Positions 10,666 to 20,260 of a stretch of DNA of 64,000 nt are shown here, piece after piece; within the stretch, counting starts at the first letter, position 1; every line of letters starts with the position of its first letter. The position numbers and the translations under genes are program-made. The notes beneath the pieces were generated by a model, which was not told the DNA's origin, made no database searches, and saw only the letters and a list, made by a program, of their open reading frames with translations. This DNA comes from Chlorobiota bacterium (GTDB lineage Bacteria > Bacteroidota > Bacteroidia > Bacteroidales > JAADGE01). The stretch lies in NCBI GenBank assembly GCA_013152535.1, contig JAADGE010000051.1, forward strand, positions 70,735-134,734, in the 5' to 3' direction.

Positions 10666-11841
10666 TTATAAAAGTTCAACAACAACAGCCGAAGCACCGC
10701 CGCCGCCGTTACATAATGTAGCAACACCGTATTTTCCGTTATTTTGCTTAAGCACATTAATAAGAGTTACAATAATTCTTGCTCCGGATGCTCCTAAAGG
10801 ATGACCTAAAGAAACACCGCCGCCGTTTACATTTACTTTCGCTTCGTCTAATCCGAGTTCTTTTATTGCAGCCAACGTTACAACTGCAAATGCTTCATTA
10901 ATTTCATAATAATCAATATCATTTTCTGTTAAACCGGCTTTTGCAATGGCTTTCGGAATTGCTTTTACCGGTGCTGTCGTGAACCATTCGGGAGCATGTG
11001 CAGCATCAGCATAACCGATTAATTTTGCAATCGGTTTAACGCCGAGTTCATCAGCTTTTTCTTTACTCATCAATACCATTGCCGCAGCACCGTCATTTAT
11101 TGTCGAAGCATTAGCTGCCGTAACAGTTCCGTCTTTTTCAAATACAGGTCTTAAAGTCGGAATTCTGTCAAATTTTACATTTGTAAATTCCTCATCTGTA
11201 TCAACAATAATATCACCTTTTCGAGTTTTAATTTCAACAGGAGTTATTTCATCTTTAAATTTTCCGCTTTCAACAGCTGCCGCCGAACGTTTATATGATT
11301 GTACGGCATATCTGTCTTGTTCCTCCCTGCTGATTTTTAATTCACGAGCACATAATTCTGCTGCACTGCCCATATGATAATTATTGTAAACGTCCCAAAG
11401 TCCGTCTTTTACCATTCCGTCAATTAACTTACCGTCGCCTAATTTTAAGCCTTTTCGCATGCCCGGAACATAGTGAGGTACATTCGACATATTTTCCATT
11501 CCTCCCGCTACAACAACATCGTTATCGCCGAGCATAATTGTTTGTGCACCTATCATTACAGCTTTCATCGCCGAAGCACAAACTTTATTAATTGTAGTGC
11601 AAGGAACAGTATTCGGAATACCTGCAAAAATTGAAGCCTGTCTCGCAGGAGCCTGACCCAAATTTGCTGACAATACATTTCCCATAAATACTTCATTTAC
11701 ATAATCGGGTTTGATACCGGCTTTTTCAACTGCTGATTTAATAACAACAGAACCTAATTTTGTAGCTGACAATCCGGATAATGAACCCCCGAAACTGCCG
11801 AGAGATGTTCGAGTTGCCGAAACAATATATACTTCTTTCAT
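10666..11841 (-). CDS. Acetyl-CoA C-acetyltransferase (thiolase II)
   Basis: 391 aa with thiolase signatures: active-site Cys context INKVCASAMKAV, NVNGGGVSLGHPLGASGARI and the C-terminal CNGGGGASAVVVE. Confidence 0.93.
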   Translation of the reverse strand: MKEVYIVSATRTSLGSFGGSLSGLSATKLGSVVIKSAVEKAGIKPDYVNEVFMGNVLSANLGQAPARQASIFAGIPNTVPCTTINKVCASAMKAVMIGAQTIMLGDNDVVVAGGMENMSNVPHYVPGMRKGLKLGDGKLIDGMVKDGLWDVYNNYHMGSAAELCARELKISREEQDRYAVQSYKRSAAAVESGKFKDEITPVEIKTRKGDIIVDTDEEFTNVKFDRIPTLRPVFEKDGTVTAANASTINDGAAAMVLMSKEKADELGVKPIAKLIGYADAAHAPEWFTTAPVKAIPKAIAKAGLTENDIDYYEINEAFAVVTLAAIKELGLDEAKVNVNGGGVSLGHPLGASGARIIVTLINVLKQNNGKYGVATLCNGGGGASAVVVELL

Positions 11842-11974
11842 ATTATAATATTTTATGTGATTGATTTAATTTTTTATGAAAGCGAAAATAGTGATTTTTT
11901 ACTGAATTTGAAAATAATATTCATTTGAATTACGTTACGATATTCCGACACATTAAAAATACCGAAAATTATAT

Positions 11975-11982
11975 TACTTTTG
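11975..11982 (+). promoter_or_regulatory. Bacteroidota -7 promoter box (TAnnTTTG)
   Basis: TACTTTTG lies 20 nt upstream of the ATG at 12003. It sits inside the track ORF that starts at 11925, which argues for the downstream start. Confidence 0.4.
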
Positions 11983-12002
11983 TATATATAAAATTTTTCC
12001 GA

Positions 12003-12530
12003 ATGAATGAATTATTTGAAATCTCCAAATATTTACTGCCTTTAATTGTCTTATTGGTTGCAGTAATGATTATTTTAAATCATTTTGCAAAAAAAGAAAA
12101 ACTGAATTTAAAATATGATGTAATAAGAGCAAATAATAAATTAATAACACCGATTCGGTTACAGGCATACGAAAGAATAATCTTATTTTTGGAACGTATC
12201 CGACCTGATGCTTTGGCTTTAAGACTAACTAAACCGGGAATGACATCAAAACACTTGCAACTGTCAATGCTGTCTGCCGTAAGAAATGAATTTAATCATA
12301 ATTTGGCTCAACAAATATACTTAACGGATGAAACGTGGGCTGCCGTAGTCTATGCAAAAGAACAAATAACACGATTGATTAATCTTACCGGCAGCAAAAT
12401 TGATCCTAATTTAAAATCAAATGCCTTTACGGCTGTATTAATTGATTCATATAATGAAATTGATACTAAACCGGTTGAAACTTGTGTCGGAATAGTAAAA
12501 AATGAAGCCGCACAATTTTTCGGTATTTGA
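12003..12530 (+). CDS. Hypothetical N-terminally membrane-anchored protein
   Basis: The ORF track starts at 11925. The internal ATG at 12003 (MNELFEISKYLLPLIVLLVAVMIIL) is preferred because of the -7 box at 11975. I recognise no motif. Confidence 0.5.
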   Translation: MNELFEISKYLLPLIVLLVAVMIILNHFAKKEKLNLKYDVIRANNKLITPIRLQAYERIILFLERIRPDALALRLTKPGMTSKHLQLSMLSAVRNEFNHNLAQQIYLTDETWAAVVYAKEQITRLINLTGSKIDPNLKSNAFTAVLIDSYNEIDTKPVETCVGIVKNEAAQFFGI

Positions 12531-12565
12531 TTCAATAATTTATTAATCCGACGCAGCTTAAGAAA

Positions 12566-13546
12566 CTAATTTTTTACCTCAATATAAACTTCAAGTAATT
12601 CACTTTCGGTTTCGGGAATTAATATAATATTTTTCAAAACTGCCGGTAATAAAACAGTTTCACCGAATATCATATGGATTTCTTTTTTCGGATACAATAA
12701 TCTAAAAGCCCCTTTTGTACAAATATAAACAATAAAACTATCCGTTTCGGAATAATTTTTACGTATTTCTTTATTAAAATGTAAAATATTAACCGTAAAA
12801 TTCTGATTTGTTTCACAAGTTGCAAACTCATTTTTAACATGCTTATATTCAGACTTATAGGACAGTTTTGCTTTTAAATCAGCAACTTTACAAGCGGCTT
12901 CTGTGTGTAATTTTCTGTAATTTCCGTCCAAACCTTTTCTGTTCCAGTCGTAAATACGATAAGTAATATCGGAAGGCTGCTGAATTTCAGTGAGCATTAC
13001 CCCTTTTTTTATTGCATGAATTCTTCCCGAAGGAATATAAAAAATATCCCCTCTTTTAACTTTTTCAGAATTTAATTTATCTGTTAATGTATGATTTTTA
13101 ATTGCTTCTTTAAAACTTTCAAGTGTAATAGTTTTTTTAAGTCCTATAATAAGTTCTGCATCTTTATCGCTCTCTAAAATATACCAAAGTTCATTTTTTC
13201 CGTTCTGTCCGTATAATTTTCGGGCTGTTTCATCGTCAGGATGTACTTGAACCGACAAGTCATCAGAAGCGTCTATAAATTTTATTAATAAAGGAAAACT
13301 TTGACCAAATCTATTATAAATACTGTTACCGAGAAGTAATTCTTTATATTCTGAAATTAATTTATTCAGGGCAAGCCCCTTAAGCTTTCCTTCAGAAACT
13401 ACAGAAACATTATTAGGCAAACCGGATAATTCCCAGCTTTCTCCAGTATTATCTGAAGCTGCAGCTTTATTCAAAACGGTCTTTAATTTTTTACCGCCCC
13501 AAATTTTTTCTTTTAAAATGGGTTCAAATTTTAAAGGATAGAACAT
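12566..13546 (-). CDS. manA: Mannose-6-phosphate isomerase, class I
   Basis: PLKFEPILKEKIWGG, GESWELS, LLIKFIDA...LSVQVHPDD and IPSGRIHAI cupin/zinc motifs. The start was moved to Met12 of the track ORF (13546) because a -7 box lies at 13554-13561. Confidence 0.8.
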   Translation of the reverse strand: MFYPLKFEPILKEKIWGGKKLKTVLNKAAASDNTGESWELSGLPNNVSVVSEGKLKGLALNKLISEYKELLLGNSIYNRFGQSFPLLIKFIDASDDLSVQVHPDDETARKLYGQNGKNELWYILESDKDAELIIGLKKTITLESFKEAIKNHTLTDKLNSEKVKRGDIFYIPSGRIHAIKKGVMLTEIQQPSDITYRIYDWNRKGLDGNYRKLHTEAACKVADLKAKLSYKSEYKHVKNEFATCETNQNFTVNILHFNKEIRKNYSETDSFIVYICTKGAFRLLYPKKEIHMIFGETVLLPAVLKNIILIPETESELLEVYIEVKN

Positions 13547-13553
13547 TTCTTTG

Positions 13554-13561
13554 CAAAAATA
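13554..13561 (-). promoter_or_regulatory. Bacteroidota -7 promoter box for manA
   Basis: The minus strand reads TATTTTTG, 7 nt upstream of the ATG at 13546. This implies a very short or absent leader. Confidence 0.4.
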
Positions 13562-13623
13562 GTAATTTTTATACTCCAAAGATTAAGAAAATAAAAAGTT
13601 TTATATTATTTTACATTTTTTCT

Positions 13624-13631
13624 TATCTTTG
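13624..13631 (+). promoter_or_regulatory. Bacteroidota -7 promoter box
   Basis: TATCTTTG lies 49 nt upstream of the ATG at 13681. Confidence 0.35.
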
Positions 13632-13680
13632 TTAGCATATCTTAATATTTAAAAATAACTAATTATTAAACAGTATTTCG

Positions 13681-16551
13681 ATGAAATTTTTTCAAAACAT
13701 CAGTATTAAATCTCGATTTAATTATATTTTAATAAGCGTCGTAATTTTAATTGTTATTATAATTACGTTTTTTATTTTTTCCGTAAAAAACATCAATCAA
13801 TACAGTGAGTCCTATCACAGAGCAGATATATTAAAAATTCATTATTTAAATTTACGCAGATATGAATTACAATTTTTATTGAGATATAATAATGATGCAG
13901 AATTCTTCTTATCAGAAAGGAATAAATATATTGATAAATTTGAAAAAACGTCAGACATATTTTCAAATGTTAATCAATTATTAATTAAAGATAAAATTAC
14001 TGAGACATTCAACCTTAAAACACGTTTAATAAATATTGAAAATGCAAAAGAAAATTTTATCGAAACTTTTGAGGACTTAACACATCAAATTTTTGTACGC
14101 GGAAATATATCTTCCGGAATTATTGGTGCTCTGAAAAACAGTGAAAATGAAATCTCAAATACAGATATGTCTCCTAAAACCGTATCCCTAATTTCCGAAA
14201 TGATATTACTTACCGATAATTATTTATTATCGAAAGATGAAACAAATTATACAAAGTTCTTAGTCAAATATAATAAACTTACGGGCACAAAAAGTACTTT
14301 TCAAAATGATTCTTTGCAGAACAATCAAGCCGGAATTTCTAAATCAGATAAAATTCTTCAATCATATAAAACAAATTTTACGGCATTGATAAAAGCCGAT
14401 AAACTTATCGGCTTAAAATACGATGAAGGATTGCGCGGAAAATTAAGAACATATACACAAACTTTAGATTCAGAAACAGAACAATTGATGACTTCTGTTG
14501 AAGAGTATAAAAAAGCAGCTCAAAGGCAAGCTGTTTATACAATAATTATTTTCTTTATAATAATAGGTGTGTTGTTTTTGATTCTTTTCAAACAATTTGC
14601 TAATTCCGTTGCAAAACCGTTGAATCAACTGAAAAAATATATCAGCCCCTTAAGTCTTGGTGTTTTTCCGTCAGAAAAACCGGATATAGGAGGTAATAAC
14701 GAAATATCGGAAATTTGCAATTCAACTGATAATTTAATAGAAGGGCTTAAACAAACATCTCAATTTGCACAGGAAATAGGAAAAGGAAATTATCAAATAA
14801 ACTATAAACCATTGAGCAAACAGGATATTTTGGGAAACGCATTATTAGAAATGCAGGAAAATATTATCAAAAGTTCTGCAGAAGAAGAAAAAAGAAAAGA
14901 AGAAGAAGAAATCAGAACTTGGATTAATGAAGGATTGACTAAATTTAATGATATTTTAAGACAAACCCAAGGTAATATCGTCGAAATGTCTTCTAAAGTT
15001 ATTTCTGAACTTGTAAAATTTATAAATGCAAATCAAGGCGGTATGTTTGTATTTAATGATGATGAAGAACAGCGATACCTTGAATTAACAGCAGCATATG
15101 CATATGGTCATGAAAAGAAAAAACAAAAAAAGATCTTGCTTGGTGAAGGGATGGTAGGTATGGTTGCTGCAGAAAAGAAAACTGTTTACAGAACCGAAAT
15201 TCCGGAATCTTATATAACAATTACTTCAGGTTTGGGCGATGCTGTTCCGAGAAGTTTGCTCATTGTTCCGATGATTACCGAAGATGAAGTTATAGGTGTT
15301 ATTGAAATAGCATCTTTTAATGAATTACAAAAACATGAAATTAATTTTGTCGAAATTTTATCTGAAACAATTGCTGCATCGTTGTCTGTTACTAAAATTA
15401 ACCAAAGGACAACTGTGTTATTGGAGCAGTCACAAAAACAAGCTGAGTTGATGAAAATTCAGGAAGAAGAAATGAGGCAAAATTTTGAAGAACTTCAGCA
15501 AGCACAGGAAAATGCAGCTCAAAAAGCAGCTCAAATGTCCGGAATTTTAGCTGCAGTTGACACAAGTTCTTTAGTTCTTGAAATTGATATAAACAGTAAT
15601 ATAATTTCTGCTAACAGAAACTTAATTGAATTATTAGAAGTTGAAGAGCAAGATATTCTAAACAAACAAATTAATACTTTAATTCATATTGAAAATGAGA
15701 ATGAATTTAATGAATTTTGGCAAAAATTGTTAAAAGGTCAAAATATTCAACGAAATGAACACATTAATGTCAACGATAAAGAATTTTGGTTTAATACAGT
15801 TTATGCTCCTATTATTGACGAAACCGGCAAAATCCTCTATATTATGTCAATTTCTTCAGATTTAAGCGAATTTAAAAAACTTGAATTTGAATTAAAAGAA
15901 CGTGAAAAACAACTTCGCATAAATTTAGAAGAAATTAATAAAGCACATAAAGAAGCTGAACGTAAGCAACATATCTTAGAAAATACTAACGAAATGTTGA
16001 AAGCCAATGAAAAAACTTTGCAATCTGCTGTTGAAAATGCGATGAAACAACGAAAAGAAGTTGCAAAAAAAATGGAGGAAATTGCTGAAAAAGAAGCTGA
16101 AACCAAAAGTTGGCTGGAAGGTATCAATCAAACTAATATTACGGCTGAGTTTGATATGGAAGGGAATATTCTTTCCGTTAATCATATTTTCGAACAAAAA
16201 TTCGGCTATAAAGAAGCTGACTTAAAGAATAAAAAACACGATTTTATTGTAAATAAAAAAATGCTTGGAAGCGAAGAATATAAAAAAACCTGGGAAAAAT
16301 TACACAACGGAATTCATGTGAGCGGAACATTCCGATTCATTAATAATAAAAAAGAAGAAATTTATATACAGGGAACCTATACTGCAATTAAGGATCATAA
16401 AGGAAAAACCATAAAAATTTATCTTATAGGATTTGATACTTTTGAACTTGTTAAACGTTCGGAAGAATTAAAAGCTCGTGAAAAAGAACTTTCTTTGCAA
16501 ATTGAAGAAATGAAAATATTGCAGAAAAAATTAAAAAATAATAAAAAATAA
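13681..16551 (+). CDS. Membrane sensor protein: extracytoplasmic helical domain, TM, HAMP-like linker, GAF, coiled coil and two PAS domains, with no recognisable output domain
   Basis: Two TM segments (ILISVVILIVIIITFFIF; IIIFFIIIGVLFLILF). GAF-like region (GGMFVFNDD...LGEGMVGMVAAEKKTVY...LIVPMITEDEVIGVIEIASF). Two PAS units of the LAAVDTSSLVLEIDINSNIISAN / INQTNITAEFDMEGNILSVN type. Long heptad-rich linkers. No H-box, GGDEF, EAL, MCP signalling or REC motif is visible. Confidence 0.75.
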   Translation: MKFFQNISIKSRFNYILISVVILIVIIITFFIFSVKNINQYSESYHRADILKIHYLNLRRYELQFLLRYNNDAEFFLSERNKYIDKFEKTSDIFSNVNQLLIKDKITETFNLKTRLINIENAKENFIETFEDLTHQIFVRGNISSGIIGALKNSENEISNTDMSPKTVSLISEMILLTDNYLLSKDETNYTKFLVKYNKLTGTKSTFQNDSLQNNQAGISKSDKILQSYKTNFTALIKADKLIGLKYDEGLRGKLRTYTQTLDSETEQLMTSVEEYKKAAQRQAVYTIIIFFIIIGVLFLILFKQFANSVAKPLNQLKKYISPLSLGVFPSEKPDIGGNNEISEICNSTDNLIEGLKQTSQFAQEIGKGNYQINYKPLSKQDILGNALLEMQENIIKSSAEEEKRKEEEEIRTWINEGLTKFNDILRQTQGNIVEMSSKVISELVKFINANQGGMFVFNDDEEQRYLELTAAYAYGHEKKKQKKILLGEGMVGMVAAEKKTVYRTEIPESYITITSGLGDAVPRSLLIVPMITEDEVIGVIEIASFNELQKHEINFVEILSETIAASLSVTKINQRTTVLLEQSQKQAELMKIQEEEMRQNFEELQQAQENAAQKAAQMSGILAAVDTSSLVLEIDINSNIISANRNLIELLEVEEQDILNKQINTLIHIENENEFNEFWQKLLKGQNIQRNEHINVNDKEFWFNTVYAPIIDETGKILYIMSISSDLSEFKKLEFELKEREKQLRINLEEINKAHKEAERKQHILENTNEMLKANEKTLQSAVENAMKQRKEVAKKMEEIAEKEAETKSWLEGINQTNITAEFDMEGNILSVNHIFEQKFGYKEADLKNKKHDFIVNKKMLGSEEYKKTWEKLHNGIHVSGTFRFINNKKEEIYIQGTYTAIKDHKGKTIKIYLIGFDTFELVKRSEELKAREKELSLQIEEMKILQKKLKNNKK

Positions 16552-16557
16552 CCGGAT

Positions 16558-17271
16558 ATGGTTTTCTCAAGAAGATATTTTTTCATATCAGTTCTTATTT
16601 GTATTTCAACCTTCAGTTTTTCTCAATCGGAAAGCAGTTTAATAAGAAATATAAAACAACCATATAATATTAAAGATTATTTTTTGCTTTTACCCGACAG
16701 TGTTTTAAAAGTTTACGATACAGAAATTAATTTGCACCAACGCCTTCTTTCATTAAAATACAACACATTAGAGGATTTATGGAATAATGACGGATATTGG
16801 ATTTTAGATACACTCGACTACAAAAACGGATATTTAAAGTTATCATCAACCGGTGACGGTGCAGGAACAATTTTTGAAATTACATATTTTATAAAAAAAA
16901 ATAAAACACGTGAAATCGCAGTAAATAAAATTTATTGGGATTTAGGAATGTCCTTTTCTGTGTTGAATTTTTACGAATTTAAAAATCTTATTTGGAGGAA
17001 TATTACGAAAGAAGTACTGCCGCCTGTCAAACTTTCAGATTTTACAATCAGTAAATATGCCGAACTTATTAAGTCTCAAATTGATTATTTCCCAGTTGTT
17101 TATAAACTTCCTCAAAAAGGTAAAAATATTAAAGCCGAAATTGATCCTGCAACAATTGATAATTTATTTGATGAAAAAAAAATTGACGAAAATGAATATG
17201 TAAAAATTAAAGAATCGCTTCATAAATTAGTCCTTTTATGGAAAGACGGGATTTTTATTATTCAAAAATAA
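16558..17271 (+). CDS. Hypothetical secreted protein
   Basis: Signal peptide (FFISVLICISTFSFSQS). It starts 7 nt after the preceding sensor gene, so it is probably co-transcribed. No recognised motif. Confidence 0.5.
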   Translation: MVFSRRYFFISVLICISTFSFSQSESSLIRNIKQPYNIKDYFLLLPDSVLKVYDTEINLHQRLLSLKYNTLEDLWNNDGYWILDTLDYKNGYLKLSSTGDGAGTIFEITYFIKKNKTREIAVNKIYWDLGMSFSVLNFYEFKNLIWRNITKEVLPPVKLSDFTISKYAELIKSQIDYFPVVYKLPQKGKNIKAEIDPATIDNLFDEKKIDENEYVKIKESLHKLVLLWKDGIFIIQK

Positions 17272-17436
17272 AATAACACATTAGCTTCACACATAACACT
17301 ATACAACAACTAAACATTTTTCTGCTTATATACTCAGCCGTTTCTGAGAAAAAAAACGTAAATTTACATAGGGTAAAACTTGTTTCAAGTATCATAGCAA
17401 TAAACAAGCTATTTTATTCATTTAAAAATTACAGCC

Positions 17437-18717
17437 ATGAAAAATTTACAATTTATAAAACAGACTTTTGTTCTGTTTATTTTTTTATTATCTGCCCATT
17501 TTATTTATTCCCAAAATGAAGCCGTTAAAATAAATGAAAATAATATCATCATATCAGGAAAAGTTATTGATGCTGAGACTGTTAAGCCTATTGCCTTTGT
17601 TTCTGTATCCGTAAAAGGAACAAATATAGGAACCGTTACAAATACCGAAGGAGAATTTACTGTCAGGTTTGAAAAAGAATTAAATGTGAACACTCTTACC
17701 TTTAAATATATCGGTTATCAAAATTTGGAAGTTCCGATAAATTCATTTAAAGAAAAGAAATTTAAGGTTAAAATGAAACCTTCTGTAATTTCTATTCAGG
17801 AAGTAATTATTCGTCCTAATCATCCTGAAGATATTATTACAGAAGCGTTAAAGAAAATTCCGGATAATTACAGTATTGTTCCGAATAAAGAAATGGCATT
17901 CTATCGTGAATATGTAAGAAAACGAAGAAAGTATGTATCAGTATCAGAGGCAGTTGTAGAAATATATAAGGCACCCTATAATAATAAATTTGCAGTTGAT
18001 TTGGTAAAACTCTATAAAGGGCATAAAAGTGCCGATGTAAAAGCACAGGATACAATTATTATGAAATTAAGAGGCGGTCCCAAAACAGCACTTCTTCTGG
18101 ATATCGCTAAAAATCCGGATATTTTATTTTCCGGAAATAAAATCAAACAATATAACTTTACTTTAACGGAAATTACAAATATTGATAACCAACAAAATTA
18201 CATTATTAATTTTCAACAAAAACCAAATCAGCAATTCCCGCTTTTTAACGGCAAAGTGTATATTAATATTAAAACATTAGCAATAACAGCAGTCGAATTT
18301 AGTCTGAATTTAGAAAATAAAGACGAAGCAAGCAGAGTTTTTGTAAGAAAAAAACCTTTATTTATGAGTATTATGCCGACAAGTACAAAATATATGGTCA
18401 GTTATAAACAGCAAAACGGAAAATATTATTTTTCCCATGCAAGAGGAGAAGTTAATTTTAGCGTAAAATGGAAAAGAAAATTGTTTAAATCACATTATTC
18501 GGTAATGACAGAAATTGCAATTACTGACAGAACAGATAAAAATGTTCAAAAAATACCAAAAAAAGAACAACTGAAAGGCGGAATTATTTTTGGCGAAAAA
18601 GTTTATCCGCTTTCCGACCAAGATTTCTGGGGAAAATATAACACCATAAAACCTGAAGAAGCTATTGAAAAGGCCATTAAAAAATACGGGGTTAAACTTA
18701 AAATTCAAAATAATTAA
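17437..18717 (+). CDS. Secreted carboxypeptidase-regulatory-like domain protein with an uncharacterised beta-rich C-terminal domain (paralog of 20257..21762)
   Basis: Signal peptide, then a CarboxypepD_reg-like module (ISGKVIDAETVKPIAFVSVSVKGTNIGTVTNTEGEFTV). Shares ISIQEVIIR, FYRE, (N/K)GK(V/L)YI and a C-terminal FW....I.PE..I..AIKK with the 20257 protein. Confidence 0.6.
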   Translation: MKNLQFIKQTFVLFIFLLSAHFIYSQNEAVKINENNIIISGKVIDAETVKPIAFVSVSVKGTNIGTVTNTEGEFTVRFEKELNVNTLTFKYIGYQNLEVPINSFKEKKFKVKMKPSVISIQEVIIRPNHPEDIITEALKKIPDNYSIVPNKEMAFYREYVRKRRKYVSVSEAVVEIYKAPYNNKFAVDLVKLYKGHKSADVKAQDTIIMKLRGGPKTALLLDIAKNPDILFSGNKIKQYNFTLTEITNIDNQQNYIINFQQKPNQQFPLFNGKVYINIKTLAITAVEFSLNLENKDEASRVFVRKKPLFMSIMPTSTKYMVSYKQQNGKYYFSHARGEVNFSVKWKRKLFKSHYSVMTEIAITDRTDKNVQKIPKKEQLKGGIIFGEKVYPLSDQDFWGKYNTIKPEEAIEKAIKKYGVKLKIQNN

Positions 18718-18774
18718 TATAAAATCAACAGTATTATTACAAATTTCGAGAGAAATAAATTTAATACAAAAATC

Positions 18775-19296
18775 TTGATAAAAACAATACTGAATAATAT
18801 CTCAATTGAGGAATTTGAAACCTTATTTAAGAAATATTACAAGCAATTATGTTTGTATGCCTTTAAATATGTTAAAAATAATATAATTGCAGAAGAAATT
18901 GTTCAGGATGTATTTTTTAAAATTTGGGAAAAACGTTCTTTTATAAAGATTAAAATTTCAGCAAAATCATATCTTTATATGTCTGTGAGAAATAGGTGCT
19001 TACAATATTTAAAACATAAAAAAATTGAGAAATCATACGAAAAATATATTGATAATCAAGCTGTAATAAATACTGAAATGCCTTACGAGAATATTATTTA
19101 TGACGAAACACTTGATATATTCAATGAAGTATTAAACACTTTACCGGCTCACTGTTCGCAAATTTTCATTTTAAGCAGATTTAATGGTTTGAAATACAGG
19201 GAAATAGCTGACCGCTTATCAATTTCAGTTAAAACCGTAGAAGCAAATATAAGTAAAGCACTTAAATTATTAAGAGTATATTTCCCTGAATACTAA
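18775..19296 (+). CDS. ECF-type RNA polymerase sigma-70 family factor
   Basis: 173 aa. Region 2 (EEIVQDVFFKIWEKR) and the region 4 HTH (GLKYREIADRLSISVKTVEANISKALKLLR). TTG start. Confidence 0.88.
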   Translation: MIKTILNNISIEEFETLFKKYYKQLCLYAFKYVKNNIIAEEIVQDVFFKIWEKRSFIKIKISAKSYLYMSVRNRCLQYLKHKKIEKSYEKYIDNQAVINTEMPYENIIYDETLDIFNEVLNTLPAHCSQIFILSRFNGLKYREIADRLSISVKTVEANISKALKLLRVYFPEY

Positions 19297-19309
19297 ACAC
19301 ATATCAACA

Positions 19310-20260
19310 ATGTTATATAAAGAAAATCATATTATTCAAAACTTAATAAACGGAAAACTTGATGAAAGAGACCGCAAAAAAGCAGTTTCCCAAATTCAAA
19401 AAAAATCCGTTCCGGAAAATATAGAAATGAAACAAAACAAAACAGAGAATCAATTTATTTCGGATATTGCTTGGAATAAATTATACAACAAAATTGAAAA
19501 TGCCGGTTTACTTACTGAAAAAGAAATAAATTCAGGGTTTAAATTCAATATACGCAATATTGCAGCATCGGTTATTCTGTTAATAGGTTTATCAGTCGGT
19601 TTATATTACGGCTTTTCAGAAAAAATAATTTCCGTAACAGCAGTTACTCAAATAAAAAACGTCATATTACCGGACGGTTCGCAAATCAGTTTAAATGTCG
19701 GATCAGAAATAGAATATCCCGAGAGATTTAAAAAAAATAACAGAAAAGTTAAATTCTCGGGTGAAGGTTTTTTTAATATTACAAAAAATTCAAAAAAACC
19801 CTTTATTATTAAAACCGGAGATTCAGAAATTAAAGTAGTGGGAACCTCATTCAATGTAAATACAAAAAATAAAAAAACAGAAGTTATCGTTACAACAGGA
19901 AGAGTTGAGTTAAAAACTGAAAAACAAAAAATTGTTTTAAACCCCGGAGAAAAAGGCATTTCTGCAAAAGGTATTTTACAAAAAAACATAAATAAAAATT
20001 TAAATTATTTATCGTGGAAAACATCAATTTTTACTTACGAAAATGAAAAACTAAAAAACATTGTTTCGGATATTAATAATGTTTACAATGTTAATATTGT
20101 ATTTAAAACTAATGCTGTCGGTGAACTTGTAGCCGGAAGCATGAGTTTTAACAAAAACACTGATAATATCGGCACATTGATAAATGTTCTGTGCAATACG
20201 CATCATTTAAAAGCAGAAAAAAAAGGGAGAAAAATTATTTTGTCTGAAATCGATTTATGA
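19310..20260 (+). CDS. FecR-family transmembrane anti-sigma factor
   Basis: N-terminal cytoplasmic part, one TM (IAASVILLIGLSVGLYYGF), FecR domain (LPDGSQISLNVGSEIEYPERF...FSGEGFFNITKNSKKPFIIKTGDSEIKVVGTSFNV) and a DUF4974-like C-terminus. The stop overlaps the next start (ATGA at 20257-20260). Confidence 0.88.
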   Translation: MLYKENHIIQNLINGKLDERDRKKAVSQIQKKSVPENIEMKQNKTENQFISDIAWNKLYNKIENAGLLTEKEINSGFKFNIRNIAASVILLIGLSVGLYYGFSEKIISVTAVTQIKNVILPDGSQISLNVGSEIEYPERFKKNNRKVKFSGEGFFNITKNSKKPFIIKTGDSEIKVVGTSFNVNTKNKKTEVIVTTGRVELKTEKQKIVLNPGEKGISAKGILQKNINKNLNYLSWKTSIFTYENEKLKNIVSDINNVYNVNIVFKTNAVGELVAGSMSFNKNTDNIGTLINVLCNTHHLKAEKKGRKIILSEIDL

